Shown piece by piece: positions 49,270-49,322 of a stretch of DNA of 49,322 bases. The stretch spans positions 1 to 49,322 of the forward strand of contig JAFGGO010000182.1 in the NCBI GenBank assembly GCA_016930515.1, read 5' to 3'. Below the pieces are notes generated by a model. It saw nothing but the letters and a program-made list of their open reading frames with translations. It had not been told where the DNA came from and did no database searches. A program made the translations under genes and the position numbers. The stretch is from Promethearchaeota archaeon (GTDB lineage Archaea > Asgardarchaeota > Lokiarchaeia > Sigyniarchaeales > SOKP01). The stretch's first letter is position 1; each line of letters begins with the position of its first letter.

Positions 49270-49322
49270 CTAATCACTGAACTTTTTTCCTTGAAGCACC
49301 AAGTCTAATTGCCCTGCAAGAA
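49270..49322 (-). CDS. 3' end of a gene truncated by the window edge
   Basis: Open frame LAGQLDLVLQGKKFSD ending in TAG at 49272-49270. Confidence 0.45.
   Translation of the reverse strand, partial: LAGQLDLVLQGKKFSD

Noticed and set aside
1-49322. CRISPR array, rRNA, reverse transcriptase or defence island
   Set aside because: No regularly spaced direct repeats, rRNA-like tracts or matching protein motifs seen.

Overview
AT-rich archaeal chromosomal segment, most likely from an Asgard archaeon (Lokiarchaeia/Promethearchaeota-like). This assignment is an inference from archaeal-type GltX, TFB, Hef and RibL occurring together with eukaryotic-signature-type proteins: a Gly-Gly-terminated ubiquitin-like protein, four longin-like proteins and a Rab-like GTPase. 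The window holds about 40 CDS, one intron-less tRNA-Arg(GCG), a frameshifted CooC-type ATPase and one probable nonsense pseudogene. I saw no rRNA, CRISPR array, integrase or intact transposase. The best candidates for undescribed systems are: (i) 11.5-18 kb, a longin/wHTH/TPR(MIT) protein, a 1475-aa membrane-anchored protein (prenyltransferase-beta-like barrel, several winged helices, long coiled coils) and a convergent stand-alone longin protein; (ii) 41.1-44.1 kb, a palindrome-preceded operon for a catalytically dead, surface-anchored transglutaminase-like protein plus a CPBP intramembrane protease, facing a membrane-tethered wHTH regulator; (iii) a 7TM-longin fusion next to the ubiquitin-like gene. 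Several genes appear to start at CTG or ATA, and two intergenic regions look like structured RNAs. All family calls come from reading motifs by eye; no database searches were run.
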